A DNA stretch of 64,000 nt from Tubulanus polymorphus (GCF_964204645.1 NC_134027.1:25196560-25260559); one strand, 5' to 3'. Shown: positions 34,469 through 48,576, counted from the first letter of the stretch. Made by a program: numbers and translations. The notes: generated by a model from the sequence alone, not told the origin.

Positions 34469-35414
34469 CTGTTCTACATTGAAACAACCGGTTTCCAGGG
34501 CTGAATCAACCCGCCTCCGAGAAACTTTGAGTTTAAATATATTCATTTGCCTCGATTGTACAAACTTTCTCAAAGATGAAAGACAAACACCGGAACCTCA
34601 TCATAACGAACTAGGATATAATGATTTGTCAGATAACAGACTAAAGATTTCATCCTAAATGAGAATATTAGTTGTATATCATGTTACAAAAAATTTTAAG
34701 TTATAACAAACAGATTTTCTGGTCACCCGAAGTTCGTTGTAACGAGGTTCCATTATCCAGATGAATTTTGAACTAGACTTACCGGGTATATCAAGGAAAT
34801 AGTATTAGACAATCTTAAGAAATTCAGCGATAAAAAGTAAATAACAACTGCTGAAATGCTTGATAAAATAAATGTGCCCAGCACAAGAGAAAAAGAGAGA
34901 CAGCTAAACCATAATCATTCATATCGATAAAACAAACAATTATTCATCTTTCTTCGAAAGACATGAAATTAGATCAATGATAAAATGCCAGAAATATCAG
35001 AAACAAGTGTCTTTACGGCAGTATAATCATGGCACCGGCATAAAAGCTGCTGCGGTAATTGCGGGCCTGCTTGGTGGCGCTCTTCTCAGTTAAATCACAA
35101 TATCATTCTGATATCCGGGTTGAACAGATATTCGAGTTGAGCTAGTCTAACTTGAGCCGAGTTAACTGCACATTCACCGAAGCCGACCTAAGTTAACATG
35201 ATATACAAACACAACTTCGCACACAAGCTATAAATAAGTTCGTCGAGATACAAGCAAATACGAGTACGACTATTATAGGCGCCATCTGGTGGGATAGCAG
35301 ATCGTGCCGGTCTCCGGTCAATTACGACAAAATTCTTCGATTCTTACAACGTCTAAAATGCTTTACTGGTAATTTGTTTTCGTTAGACGACGCTGCGCCT
35401 CTAGCACATCTAGC

Positions 35415-38400
35415 CTAGATCATATAATCGCGCATGATGCCCATTTTTTTCGCCTTTCCGCAGATGACGCATTCGGCGAACGAGCAAGTTTTCTTCGACA
35501 CCTGCTCTTCGATGCCGCGCGCGAACAATGGTATCAGCTGACAATGCGCTCTGCAAAAAGAAGTAAATGCATTCAAGCCTTATTCTCCTACTTTTATACA
35601 GGTCTCGAGATATCCAGTTTTGAAAAAGCCAAAAAATTCCCAAAATGTCCACTTAGCTCCATACCATACCGTCCTTGCTTGCTAGGGTTTAATTGCCTCC
35701 CACCAAAGCTCATGTAACATAAACCCTGGCCTGCTCTGTGGCCACCAGTCTTATAAGGAGCCAATCAGATGCATGGTATTGAAAGAGCGAGTCTACCGGT
35801 GAAAAATAACGCATCTGATTGTCTTGTTACATAGACTGGTGGTCACTGGGCAGCAATCTATCCGGACCCAAGAAATCATGAAAACCAAAGAATCAATTAA
35901 CCAATGAAGGGTCTGCAGACAGAGGTTGAAAATCTAACCCTGGCAAGCGAGGATGCTCCATACACACCTCACGTCGACGGATGGTTGATCAACGACTTCA
36001 CCGTCGCAGTTCCAAACACTATTTCGCGGACCGGACTGCAGTCGTTGTTGGCCCTCGTCGTCCGTCTGCTCGACGGGATCGTCGTCCTGCGACATCGGGC
36101 GAAATTTATACTCCTTCACGCGGATCACTTGAATGAAATTAAAATCAAACTGAAACAAGAAAAAAAATGGAACCACAGTTAGAACTACTGGTAAATGTGC
36201 AAAACTCTGACTTTAGTTTTTTTTTCAAGCATCTGTTCTGAAATGGTCCAATTAGAAAGGAGTAACCGAAAAGACCGACCAAAAAGTAAAAAAATAATGC
36301 TCAACTGTTGTTCACTCACCTGATCGGCTCCGGTTCGAGTCGTGCGCATCAAATGTCGGAAATAATCGAACCGCGAACAATCGTGCACGATAACCAGGTC
36401 GACGGTACCGTCGCCGAGGTGACACGACGGCGACGGACCGTCGGGACTCAGGTCACACCGACAGCTCATCGAGTACGAGTTGATACCGATGAAACGTCCG
36501 CGAATTCGCTGCCAGCCGTCTTTACCTGCAACCGAATCAACGGGGAAAAGAACTTTCAGATCAATCGTCCACAGATTAGTCACGTCAGGGTCCAGTTTAA
36601 TTAAAAAGTTTAAGTTAAAAGCCGGTAAAGCCTAAATCAGGTCGAATAATCCAATCAGATTGACAGATTGTAAGATTGACATGAGTTGCAAGAGATTGCA
36701 ACGGATTGACCGCGGATCAATCGTAGGCCAAATCAAAATGATAGAACAAGTTCTTTTAGAATGTTTTGAATTCGTTATGTCCAGTATGTCATCCCCTATA
36801 CTCTACGGCACAACTAGTAGACTGATATTAATCTCAGCATTCACAGTAACGAGCAAAACCTACTGTTGATGATTTTCTGTTTATCTCATCATCAGCGAAA
36901 CGAAAATAACATCACAACAACAATGACTTTATTATGTTATTTTTGTTTCTCAGCAGGGTCCAGTTTCACGAAAAAGTTAAACCCAAATTTTTGGTGTAAT
37001 CGCTATTGGTTACTTCATGTTTTCGATGAGGACAACAATTCAAACTTAATCGTTTTAGGCTTAAACTTTTTCGTGAAACCGGGCCCTGATGATGAAGTTT
37101 AGTTAAAACTGTCCGAATAAACTTAACTTATAAACTGTGGGTTTTGCTCATACGAAGGCACATTTCAACAGTGAGATTGTAAAAGGCTTGTAGCAGTCTT
37201 AGGTTGGTAGAAGAACCCACAATCAGAAGCATATTGTGATCAGTAAGAAATTCACAAATGTCAAACCGCGATGAAACGACGAAAAGGTTCTTTTGTCGCA
37301 GGTCATTGTCTTGCTAGTCAATTTTACTTACAGGGTAGTCACATACTTACCCCATAAACACAACATATCTTGATCAATATGATCAATGATTAATACGCGA
37401 AAATGGTTTCGACTTAAAGTTCAGTATAGATTTTCAAATTTCTTGGTAGTTTCATTGTGGGCTTGATTCTCTTGAGGCTGGTTTTATACTAGCATTAACT
37501 TAAACCCTAGCCCTCAGGTTAAAGATAATACCAGTCAATAAAACTGATTCCTGGGGTCAGTCGCACAGTCGTGACTTAAGTCCAAAAGTGGTCTTAACTA
37601 TTAAGGCTGGTCTAAAGTTGTTAGATTGGCTATAGAACTAAGTTGGTCTTAGACTGGTCTTAAGTCTAAGCCATGACTGTGCAACAGGCCCCAGAAGTAT
37701 AAATACCCCTATGCTAGCATGCTAACTGTTCTTCCGATTGTGGGTTTCTCATTTAATGAATGTGATACGTGTTAATAGTATTGAATTGAAAACACCAACA
37801 GTTTTTTGAGAATTTCGCAAAAAATTTGTGAGACAAAAAGAAAACACAGAAGAAGACCCATTCATGAACCACATTTTTAGAAATCCGACATTTCATTAGC
37901 ACACCTAGATCTCTGTAAAAAGAATATTCAATCTATCAACAAGGTAGAGAAGTCAAATTGGTTTCCTTTGGTTGAAAACTTCATCAGAATATGAGGAGAA
38001 TTTCATTAATGTAATGCACCACAGGGTTCATACGAAGAAGGAGGCAAAGGTTAGAATGGAGCGAGAGAGGAAGAAAATACAAGGATATCAAATAGACCAC
38101 TAATTACCGAGGTGTGAGTTATAAGTAAGCACAAATCTACTAGATTTGTTATTGATGTTACTCGAGTTATTGAGTTAATGGGTCGAGGGTCCCGGTTTTC
38201 ATGGAAAATTATTGACAGAAACAAACGTTTAGATTCAATTTCTCAATTCAGTTTATCCAAAATTGGAATCAATCCTTTTTTGGAACTGATTCCAGTTCTA
38301 GTAAACTCGATCAACCGGGTGGCCACTTTCCATCCATTTACAAATCACCCGAGTTTTCCCTGCATTTCCCATGCGATTACACAAAATTGCCCGAGTGAAT

Positions 38401-41400
38401 CTGAGACATTTCAAGGTTTAAAATGTTTTAAATTCATTCATTATTCATTGAATCGCGTATTGATAAAGAAACACGTGGTCAAAAGCAATCTGTCTGAGTT
38501 CCCTGGTAAAATTAGTAAAATACTCCCAAGTTTTCCCTGATTTTTTCCTAGATCCAGCCTTTCCAGATCGGTGGCCACCCTGATGAATTAATTAACCCCG
38601 AAATTAACACACCCCCCCCCCCCCCCCGGGAAAAATTGATTGGCTTCCCGGTGATTTTAGTGAATTAAGTTAAGAATTCGTCGATTTAAAAAAACGAAAA
38701 TTAGAACGTCATTCAGAAAAGGCAAAATCCGAACATAGTTTACCTCCTAACAGCGATACACCCTCAGTGTCTACTAAAACGAAAACAAACGTTTCTAAAC
38801 AAACGAAAAAATATTCCACGAAAAGATGATTGAAATGGATCGTTTCATTTTTGTTTACTCACCGAATTTCGTATTTTCTTTATTATCGGCTTCGTAATCG
38901 AATTTCTGTTGAGACGCCGCGTGGCACGCGTAACAACTACGCATGATTAAAAAAAAAACGAATAATTTGAAAAATCGAAACGTTTAATGGAAAATCGATT
39001 TGGAAATTCTTGGATCGTTAGTGATAGATTTATTGCGATTTTTTTTGGCAATTCAACTGGTTATTTTCTTAGTAAAAATAAACCAACGAAATTAGTTCAA
39101 TTTCGATTACTTTCAATTTAGAATTGAAAGTAATCATTTTCAATAACTTTAAATCTAAAATCAAAATTAGTTCATTTTCAATTACTTACGATGTAGAACA
39201 AAAATTAGTTCAATGTCAATTACTTTCAATCTAGAATCAAAATTAGTTCATTTTGTATTACTTTGAATCTAGAACCAACGGAAGCATTTTCAATAACTTC
39301 AAATGTGGAATCAAAATTAGTTCATTTTCAATGACAAATGTACATTTTAGAGTCAAAATTAGTTCATTTCACTCTACAACCCTTTAGGGTCAAATGGGAC
39401 CAGCGAGTAGTCAAATTGCATACCCTTCATTCTCCTTTGGGAGGTATTCAAACCTGATGGCATTGCGAGACTCTGTACAAAAAACCCTGCCTGATTAGGA
39501 CTACGAAAATTGATACCTTGTTTCTCATATTTTCACCGAGCGTAAATGTTGACCCGGCCAGCCGCCTATCTACTCTCTACATTACTTATTCTAAAATCAT
39601 GATCAAGCTTACCACAACAGACCCAGCAGCTAAAAAAATTTATTGCAGTTTTGAAAAATTACCCAGCTGATTAGGAGAAACAACTTACAAGGTATCATTT
39701 CTTACGCCTTAGCCCCAGTGCACAATTACATACACAACTTAGTCGCATGATGCGGTGCCAATCAGATTGCCTGTTGCATGATTGCTAACAAAATGGCACG
39801 GTTTCATACCGTGGCAATCTCTGTGCCATCAGGTTCATCGGATTCCCGGGGAAGATGTGCTTACTTATGCATGCAGCGAGTTCCATCGCGCGGATGATTC
39901 TCCAGATCTGTACTGGGTAGAAACGCCACCTCGCCGGTATACGACTTCTTCGATAGGAACTTCTTGAGACCTTCCCGGGGAGAAAAAATAAAACATTATT
40001 GAAAATGTGACCGTACAGAAAAAAGTGTATATAACAGGGTCCCTACCGATCAGTGAGGAGAAAATTTCATATTTCTAGGAAGCGTCTGCATCACTTTTAG
40101 CCTATGTCCCGATTACTATAGACTCCTGCTAAATCAGTACCATACTGTTTATATCAGTAAACTGTTAATTCTGTGGTGTTATAAACAGATTTTTATCCTT
40201 TACACTAACTTAACTCAGTTATTGGTTCAAACTGTACTCATTTAGGCGTAGTCTAACATATAACTTCTAAGGTATCTAATTGACTGTTTCTCAAAATTGA
40301 AGGAGTTTTAAAGAAGTCTCAGACATATTGCTCAAATTAAAGTAGCTTCAAGCACGTTTAAAAGCATTTCCATTTCTGAGTTTTTAAGGAATCAAGGAGT
40401 CGTAAGGACCCTGATATGAATGTAAATCTGTTTTAAATTTCTGTGTTACATCAACACCAAATTATTCCGTACCTATGTAATCATAACGTTTCGGACCCAT
40501 CCAACGGAACTCTTCACTTTCCTGTATGACGTCGCCATAGTAACCGTATCCCATTAACGACACGCCGTATTTGATGAACTGGTTGCCGTGGTGAACGGTG
40601 AAAGCGTCGATGGCCATGTGATCACCTGCGAGAAACAGTTGACAAAAAGACAACAATTAAGCGGGACTGCGGCAAGTGTGGATCCACCAGGTGGCGTTAG
40701 TGTTTAACAGGACATGAAGTGATGTGAGATTCCGCTTGTGGCAAGGGAAGATCCACCAGGTGTCGCTGGTGCGCAATCGGGCAACGATGCTGAATGTTTT
40801 TCTCAGATTCAATCAAAATCGATCCAGAATTTCTCAATTTCTAAAAAAACCGTGCTATATGTGAATCCTAAAGATGAATCTGAGTTAATCAAGACGCGTG
40901 ATTTGTCTAATTTCTGATGTCAGAGACGAAAAAAGAAAGTTGATTGAAAATGAACTAAATTTTGTTGTATTTTTGTCATGCCATCTGGTAAGATAACTGG
41001 TGCAGTACATCAGGGTCCTCATTAAACCTTGTGTACAATGACAAGGCCTGGCAGCTTTCGGTGTAAGAGAGGAACTGGTTGGATACAATCATGAATGCGT
41101 TGATAATGTACGCCAGCTTGTGATAGGTAAAGGACAATTTATCTCCAGTTCCAGCCAGTTGCCTATATTCAACTTTTGAGCAACTGGTTGCACTCCGTTA
41201 CAGGCCATCAGCTGATGCGCGCACACCATAATCAACAACACATGGCGCAACTGACTAAAACAAAGCAATTTGACACAGAATTGCCTCAATTAGGCTCAAG
41301 AATATCTATTAGGTAACACATCTCAGTTGCCGTTGATGAGCGCGCTGTTGACCTAGAGACCGACACGAGCCACGCAGTTGCTGGTTTTACTAGATTTACA

Positions 41401-44400
41401 GTTTTCACAGGGTACTCGCTTCACTCGGAACTGGATGTGATCAGATGCTATTTCGATGTATACGCTAGGCTTTAATTTGGATGCATTTTCGTTGGGTGGA
41501 GCTGTGTAACAATGTTTTATATATAAACCCCCGGTAAGTTATACCTCGGTAAGACGACGCGTTTGTGTATCATTGATTTTTTATTTGTAGCGCGCGAGAT
41601 GAGAACTATCTATTAGAACATGAGAAATGCATTTGCGCAAAAACAAACGGCGACATTTCTCGTGCTGAGCAAAAACAAAAGGGATGATTTCAATTCTATG
41701 CGGCTTCTTTTTTCATACGATGTTTAAAGAAATACCGTTGAAAATATACCTCGCTTATAGCGCTTTTGCAATTGGTGAGTCATAAAACTAGTAACGTACG
41801 TAAGACCTTATCTGAAATCAAATTGGTGTTTGAAAAAAAATACTCTTGAATAATTTTTTCCATGTCTTCAATTCACTTGAATAAAAACCTGAAGAGAACC
41901 TAATAAAGGAGAGGTAGATATTCACACTGTGTCGTGAATGAATAATAACTCCAAGTTCTACAATCACAGAGCCGAAAAGTTCAAATACCAAAAAGCTAAA
42001 ATCCATTTCAAAATCTGAATTTGGATTTCACAAATTGAGGATTTTGACATTCCTATTTTTCAAAACCAGTCATAGAATTGATTCAAAGTCGCATCTTAGG
42101 TTTTCTTTATCGACGCGGGTTTCTTTGTTTGTACCGAAATCAGTTGATCAACAATAAACATCGATTTTGCCAATAAATCCTGAACTCATTGACACGCGCC
42201 AATGAACGTGATTAGATAAAAACTATTTCCGTTTATCAGCACACGCATTTCAAAGTCAAGGTCATCATACTTACCTAGTATAATATGTAAAGCGCCGGTG
42301 ATTGCGTCATCGGTTCCCATCGTACTGAACGCTACTGTATTCGTAGAACCTTCACAAATAAACAAATACATTATATAGTTTAAGAAATTTCAACAGATCT
42401 TTCAGTCACAAAAATTGTTGGTTTTAGTTCGAGGTAATCATTGCACAGTTTTAGTTAAGGCTTGTTATTGCTTTTAAAGAATCAATCTGCACCACCTCTA
42501 CTATTGAAGTGTGAAGTGTGTCTTTGAAAGTATTCTGATAAAAAGTCTAATGTCTGGTGTCTGCAGGTAAAGCACTGAACACATGTAAGAGTTGACGACC
42601 AGTTTTTGAAAGTGTGCTGATAAAATGTCTAATATCTGGTGTATGTAGTTCATTTTCAATTGAAAATGTCTCAGGTAAAGCGCTGATAAAATGTCAATAG
42701 TCTGGAGTTTATTCTTTCACTAAAAAATAATGTCCAGGGTGAAGTGCTGAACACAATCAGTACTGAAAAATTGGTTGAACAGTGAAACATTGACTATGCA
42801 GTGGTGCAGGCTGCAGTATAGGACTAGTTATGAACTAGGACTGGGCTCCGACTAGTTCAGTACGGGTGCACTCATTCTATTGAAAATAAATGGCCTCATT
42901 TACTAAATCAGATTGTTCTGGTTTGAAAGCCGTTGATTATGAAGTTTACATATACAGTTTATTAACACCTGAAGGTCAATGAGGTCGTGTGCACTAAACA
43001 CAAACTTATTAACACTGGTGAATAGCTTGTGAGTGAATTCGAGAGATTGAATTATTTCATTATAAAAGCCAAGTCATAATAGAATCGTTGAAGCTAACGT
43101 TGAAATATGAATCGCACGAGTGAGTGTGTTGTTAAAGCCTTATTTTCAATTAGTTCGAGTGCGGATCTGCCTCCAGAATTCTACATAAATCATCAAATTA
43201 GTTGGAAAAACTTTTTTTTAAAGTCCTCCTTCAATCACAAACTTCCGAGGTTTTATGAGGAAAATATTCAAATTATGAAAATTTTACTTTTATCTTTTTC
43301 CTGAAAAAATTGAAATTTAATTCCATTTAAAATTGAAAAATATTCTTTTATTAGGTTTTTGGAGCCAACAGTATTGTTAGTTATAATGGTCGACCTAATA
43401 TGCTATGCAGTTAAGCTCGACTTCACAGAGCCACAATTAGTTCAAATTGGTCAAATTTCAGCCGAGAAATGTAGCACCAAATTTTCAACCAGTAAAATTT
43501 TTATACCCGTGCACGCATGAATCTGGGATCTTAGATTATAGAAAGGAATCTTAATCATGTCTTCGCCAAATTATTCGGGAAATTGCATTTAGAAATTATT
43601 CTCGTTTAGACTTAAGATCGCTTACCGGCGGGGATATTACCGATTCGTATGAACGGTTGGTTTTGTTGGTGATTCGGAGCGTTATCGGTGATGCCAGCAT
43701 CCAACTGCGTTCGATACATTAAACCATGCATGATCTCCGAAAACATTCCATCACCCCCGACGAATACGACCCTGAAATATCAGAGGAGGAACCTTTTAGA
43801 AAACATTCGCTGAACCCTGAAAATAGAAAACCCTTTAAAAACCTTTAGAGAACATTCACTAAACCCTGAAAATACAAAAAAAAACTTAAAAAACCTTTTA
43901 GAAAGCAACTGCTGAACCCTAAAAATAGAAAACATTTGCTGAACCCCAGAAAATAGAAAACCCTTTAAAACCCTTTAGAAAACATTCACTAAACCCTGAA
44001 AATAGAAAAACCTTAAAACCTATTAGAAAGCAACTGCTGAACCCTGAAAATAGAAAAACCTTAACAACCTTTTAGAAAGCAACTGCTGAACAATGAAAAT
44101 AGAAAACCCTTAAAATACATTTCAGAAAACAATTACTGAACCCTGAAAATAGAGAAAACCCTTTCAAACCTTAGTTTAGAAAACATTCGCTGAACCCTAA
44201 AAATAGAAAACCCTTTTGAAAACATTCACTCAAACCTAGAAAATAAACATATCAGAAAACCCTTAAATATCTATTATGACCTGATGAAATCTACAATAGG
44301 GCCTTTATGCTTCAAGTGTTGACCATCAACAGGCAACCAGTGAATACAAAATTATGCATTAAACAGATGCTATCATTCATTGTATAACGGCTACTAGATA

Positions 44401-47400
44401 CAAAAGAGCCTTCATACAGAAATGACATATAACAATGACATCAGAAACGGTTCCAGACAAAATATGAGTTCTACAATTTTTGGCTACCGATACCCGGTAT
44501 TGAGACTTATTTCCGTGAGGGAAATACCCACAATACATGTACCGGTACGTACATACCAAAAAAAAATCCAATTGAATTTTCACCCGATTTATCAAACTGG
44601 TTTTTCATTTTTCGAACCGACTATTGATTACGAAACAAAAACAGATTTTTAAACATGTTCTTCGCGGCTAGCAACTAATGTAAATATTGTGCCGGTTCTA
44701 CGGTCATAACATAATCAACGCCAATAGACGGTTAAGAAAACTATGATATCCCACTCGAATATTAGTCACAATTAGCACCGGCTTCACTGCTGTACGATGA
44801 ACAACAATACTGAATTCAACAGTTTTTAGTTAATTCAACTTTTGGATCAAATATTTGTTCAATTACGATGAATTTGAAGAGGTTATATGAGATTGTCAAT
44901 AATAATGCTGTAGTCGGTTTGAGGTTCGCCATCCGTCAATCTATGTCATCATTTGTCATCGGTTTCATCTAATGATTAATCTATTCCCTAATGTAATGAT
45001 TATTGATGTCATTATGCAACTATTATTACCCTACAGAACAACTCCCTTCCGCTCTCCACCTGCCTATCCTCTTCCATTCTCCACCTGCCCATCCTCACCC
45101 CCTTCTTTCTTCATCCCTACTCTCTGCTTTCTACTTCTACATTTCCCCTATCCACCTTATCTTTATCTGCCTCTCTACCCCCTCCCCCTCCCATCCCCTC
45201 TCCCCCTCCTCTACATACATCTCCCCTATCCACCTCTTGTTTCTCTATCTGCCTCACTCTCACTACGAGGACCCCCGACATTGATTAATCACTGAAACAC
45301 TTATCTCGACAGTAGCAGACAGTATTAATATTGATTTTTCCGTCATCATTCATATCTCAGAAGACCTCTAAAGATACCTCAACCATTTATTCACTCGTCG
45401 TTTCATTAATGTTTGCTCTGCTGATGGTATATCAGTCACATTCATAAGATTCACGTATTTCACAGTTGTAAAGTTAAGATTCTAGACGCCATATTGTAGA
45501 GATTAAAGAACGGAGTCTCACTGAATTTACAGCGGGGAAGTCAAAGATCGCTGAGGCTTAACTCAAAATCTATTTGTTCACTAAATTTCTAGAGCAATTA
45601 TGGTAGACTCCTCTTAAATTGGTACGGTTTATCTCGGTAAACCATAAATGCACTGGTTTTATAAGGAAATCTTTATCCGTTACACTACATAAACTCGGTT
45701 TCTGATTTGGTAACACCTAATTAAGTAACAAAAAGATCCTGGTTCCAACTGTACTGATTTAGGCGTAGTCTAATCTACAACTACTTAACTATCTAATTGT
45801 CTATTTCTCAAATTTGAAGGAGTTCTCGGTGTTTGCTCAAATAAAAGCGAAGTTTTTAATAATCAAGGACCAAAATAAATCTAGGGTTTTTATCAACAAG
45901 AAATAGGTGCATAAGGAATTTTAGGGGTTTGAACACTAGCGCGAAAGTTGGAAAAAAGAAAGTGTCATCTTACCCATCAATCTTACTCAGATTATATTCC
46001 ATAATCGTATCTCGCGCGTGATTGGCACGTACAGTTTCTGGAACAAACAAAACAACAAATTCTAACAATAGAACAGAAATAAGTGTTTCACGAAAATTAT
46101 CGGCAATCGAAAATAAAACGCCGTACCTATTACTTCAGTGTGTATTCCGGCGTGTTTCAACAAAGGGGCGATTTTTTCATCGTAGATTTTAGGACCGAGT
46201 CTTTTTCCGCTGTAAGGATTTATAAACACCAGAAGACTCTTCGGTCGACGGAATTCTACAATAGAAATCTAGGTTACATCAGAAAGGGGCTAAAGCCCGA
46301 GGAGGTCTGACACGTTTAAATGACGCCAGGCTTCAGCCAGATTGAAGAACTCTCGAAATGTCACATTCACATTTTCTCACAAGAAATTACCCGGATTTTG
46401 AAAGTATTGCGCATAATTTTTCCAGGCTTTTTTTCATATCCTTCGCATTGTTTTTCCGGATTTTTAAAAACATTTTTCATACGAAGGTACAATAACACAT
46501 GCGGTGGTTCCTGATCGCTATCAGGACTGATAAAGATAAAAAATTTCTTAAAACTTTAAACACAGCTCACGCATAAATTCAGACCACAATGGAATTTGGC
46601 ATATTTTAACAAGACACTTTTCTCAAATTCTTCATACATTTTCATGATTTTTCATAAGTTTTGAAACAGATTTTTTTCAAAGTTTTTCCAGTTTTTCATC
46701 AATCTCCTAGTCCGAGTCTAAGAATAACGAAATGGCAAATTTTCGTACCGTTTGAGTTGAGTCGATCCTGTATCTTTTTAATCCACAGTTGACAGGTCAG
46801 CGCGTCGCGACACGAGAACGTTATTTTTCGATCCCTCCATTTGTGTTTCGGCATCCGTTTCAAAACCCACAACGAGAATACGTTCGATTGTAGCGACGTC
46901 ATTTCGTTGCCCTTCGAGTCTCGATGACCTTGATGTTTCGGCTCGGACGCCACGTACACGACCTCGCGTAAATCAACTGTGTGAACATCGTGTTCTATAA
47001 ATTATGCAATCATAAATGAATATCACGAGTTTGAATAATTTTTGGCTATAGAACTAAGTTGGTCTTATACCGGTCTTAAGTCTAAGCCATGACTATGCAA
47101 CAGGCCCCTGAAGTTGTCTTAGATCTTAAGACTGGTATTAAGTTGTAAGAATCTTACAATCTTGAAGATTTACTAGGCCCTATAGAACTTTTTTGGTCTT
47201 AGAACAATCTTAAATCTGGCTTCAAGAAAAAAACTAGATTTTCTGGAATTGACTATTTTGGAATAGGCCACTGGGAATATGTATTCTGGAATTGAATATC
47301 CCAAATTAAGTATTCTGCAATTGAGCATTTGGAATTGCTCAAAACAGGAATTGAGAACCGTGGTATTTTGGATTTTCTGCCAGACTGGACATTCAGGAAT

Positions 47401-47989
47401 TGCAAAATGCCTGAATTGAGTACCGGTATTCCACTGAAACAGAATATTTTGTAAACGCTAATTGTTAGCATTGTGTATTCTGGATTATGTATCCCGAATT
47501 CACTCATTTCCGGAATTGATTCCAGATGGAACAATTCATTCCAGCATGCAAATTATTATTAGGTCAGTGCCCTCTTGTTCCTGATACAGGATAAAATGGA
47601 ATTAACTCAATCCAATGGATAGATTGAATGTAAATGGATAATTAGCAAGTCTTTCGTAACAATATCGTTAATCGAGCCTAAAAATTAGAGAATTTGATCA
47701 GTGATAACTTACTGAGAACAGGATCTGTAGCAGTTGGTGTATTGTATCCAGTTGCCGAATGTGGCACATCCCAGTAGACAGTCGACGGTGTCAGCGTCAC
47801 CAAAAATGTCCTATTGTTAATTTCCAGGTTCGACTGTAACAGCATACCGACTGTCATCGCGGAAGATGCCATCCCACCGCTGCCGTCTTTTATTTTAGGA
47901 TGATTATTTTGACAGGTGTTGATCGAGCACCCTCTAACGTCGCATTTGCGAACTATTAATCCCAGTCGTCTTACTGTTGATGCCAACAT
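35415..47989 (-). CDS. CERK: Ceramide kinase
   Basis: Exons: 47713-47989 (or ATG 47872), 46749-46994, 46127-46255, 45974-46037, 43626-43771, 42275-42349, 40473-40625, 39865-39970, 38863-38936, optional 38744-38770, 36320-36525, 35968-36149, 35415-35550. Motifs RPKSLLVFINPYSGK, ANHARD, VGGDGMFSE, IPAGSTN, MGYGYYGDV..SE.FRWMGP.RYD, CxxxCxxC (CMHNCYAC), HLGDGTVDL, SVWNCDGE, HCQLIPLFARGIE. Confidence 0.95.
36957..37085. mobile_element. Harbinger-like MITE, family C
   Basis: CAG|ggtccagtttcacgaaaaagtt ... aactttttcgtgaaaccgggcc|CTG; degenerate copy ~1366-1472. Confidence 0.7.
37554..37691. mobile_element. MITE family B copy
   Basis: CTG|gggtcagtcgcacagtc ... gactgtgcaacaggccc|CAG. Confidence 0.75.
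38744..38770 (-). CDS. Candidate 27-nt frame-preserving microexon of CERK
   Basis: Minus strand ttttcgttttagtag|ACACTGAGGGTGTATCGCTGTTAGGAG|gtaaac; phase 1-1; encodes DTEGVSLLG. Confidence 0.55.
39085..39370. repeat. Degenerate ~38-bp tandem repeat
   Basis: aaaattagttcattttcaattactttcaatctagaatc variants. Confidence 0.75.
39495..39711. mobile_element. MITE of the 61882-62101 family
   Basis: aaattgataccttgtttctc ... acaaggtatcattt ... gcctta. Confidence 0.65.
40097..40320. repeat. Dispersed repeat; second copy at about 45600-45825
   Basis: tagactcct..taaat..gtac ... aactgtact.atttaggcgtagtctaa ... ttgaaggagtt shared. Confidence 0.6.
43772..44265. repeat. Degenerate ~55-60-bp tandem repeat abutting the CERK exon 5 acceptor
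   Basis: ctgaaccctgaaaatagaaaacccttt..aacctttagaaaacattc units. Confidence 0.85.
45040..45270. repeat. Pyrimidine-rich low-complexity tract
   Basis: C/T-rich with repeated cctatccacct; explains the spurious Pro/Leu-rich ORFs. Confidence 0.8.
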
Positions 47990-48576
47990 TTCTTTCGACG
48001 TTCCTATTCCTAAATTCGGCGCGATTCTGATTTAAATACATCGCTGAAACGATATTTAATTATCTATTCGAGTTTTCATCGGTTGATAAGATTCCAAACT
48101 TAGCGAAAATTCAAAAATATTCAAGAAAGATGTAAAAATCCACCAACCCGAACGAAATCCTAAATCATCCCAATCCGTGATTTCCATATAATCCATTTCC
48201 GTGACTTCCTCTTCTGCGGTTGGGATTTTAAAAAGGTCATTGTGGAGTATATAAATCTAAATAACAAATTAACTTAATTGTATTTTTCTCTTTACTTATC
48301 TTTCTAAATCAAACTAGTACGCAAACCACAAAGTCAAAGCATTAGTTTAGAATGTCAGTATTTATTGCTGAATTGGTCCACCCGGCATTGATTTCATATT
48401 TGGTGCAAAACGAAGGTCGCGTGGAATCATGCCATATCCGCGCGCACGCGCACTGAAGCCGAAAACCGCCATGTTGACAACTAGTCAATGAATAATATTA
48501 TTTGACAGCGGCACAAGTTTCGATGTCGTAAGACGATATTTGAGGCGCGAATGTGAAGTATTTTCGGGGTGCTGTT
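47990..48576. promoter_or_regulatory. Divergent promoter region CERK / TBC1D22
   Basis: Start codons about 590-700 bp apart, head-to-head; NRF1-like gcgcgcacgcgca (48440), YY1-like ccgccatgttg (48466), ETS-like acttcc (~48204). Confidence 0.6.

Noticed and set aside
35410-35652. Listed ORF over the last CERK exon
   Set aside because: Wrong frame; the spliced frame reads RAHCQLIPLFARGIEE and stops at 35415.
40885-41560. GC-richer stretch with short ORFs in a CERK intron
   Set aside because: Possibly an old transposon relic, but no protein motif or termini recognised.
44972-45295. Pro/Leu-rich ORFs
   Set aside because: Low-complexity pyrimidine tract.
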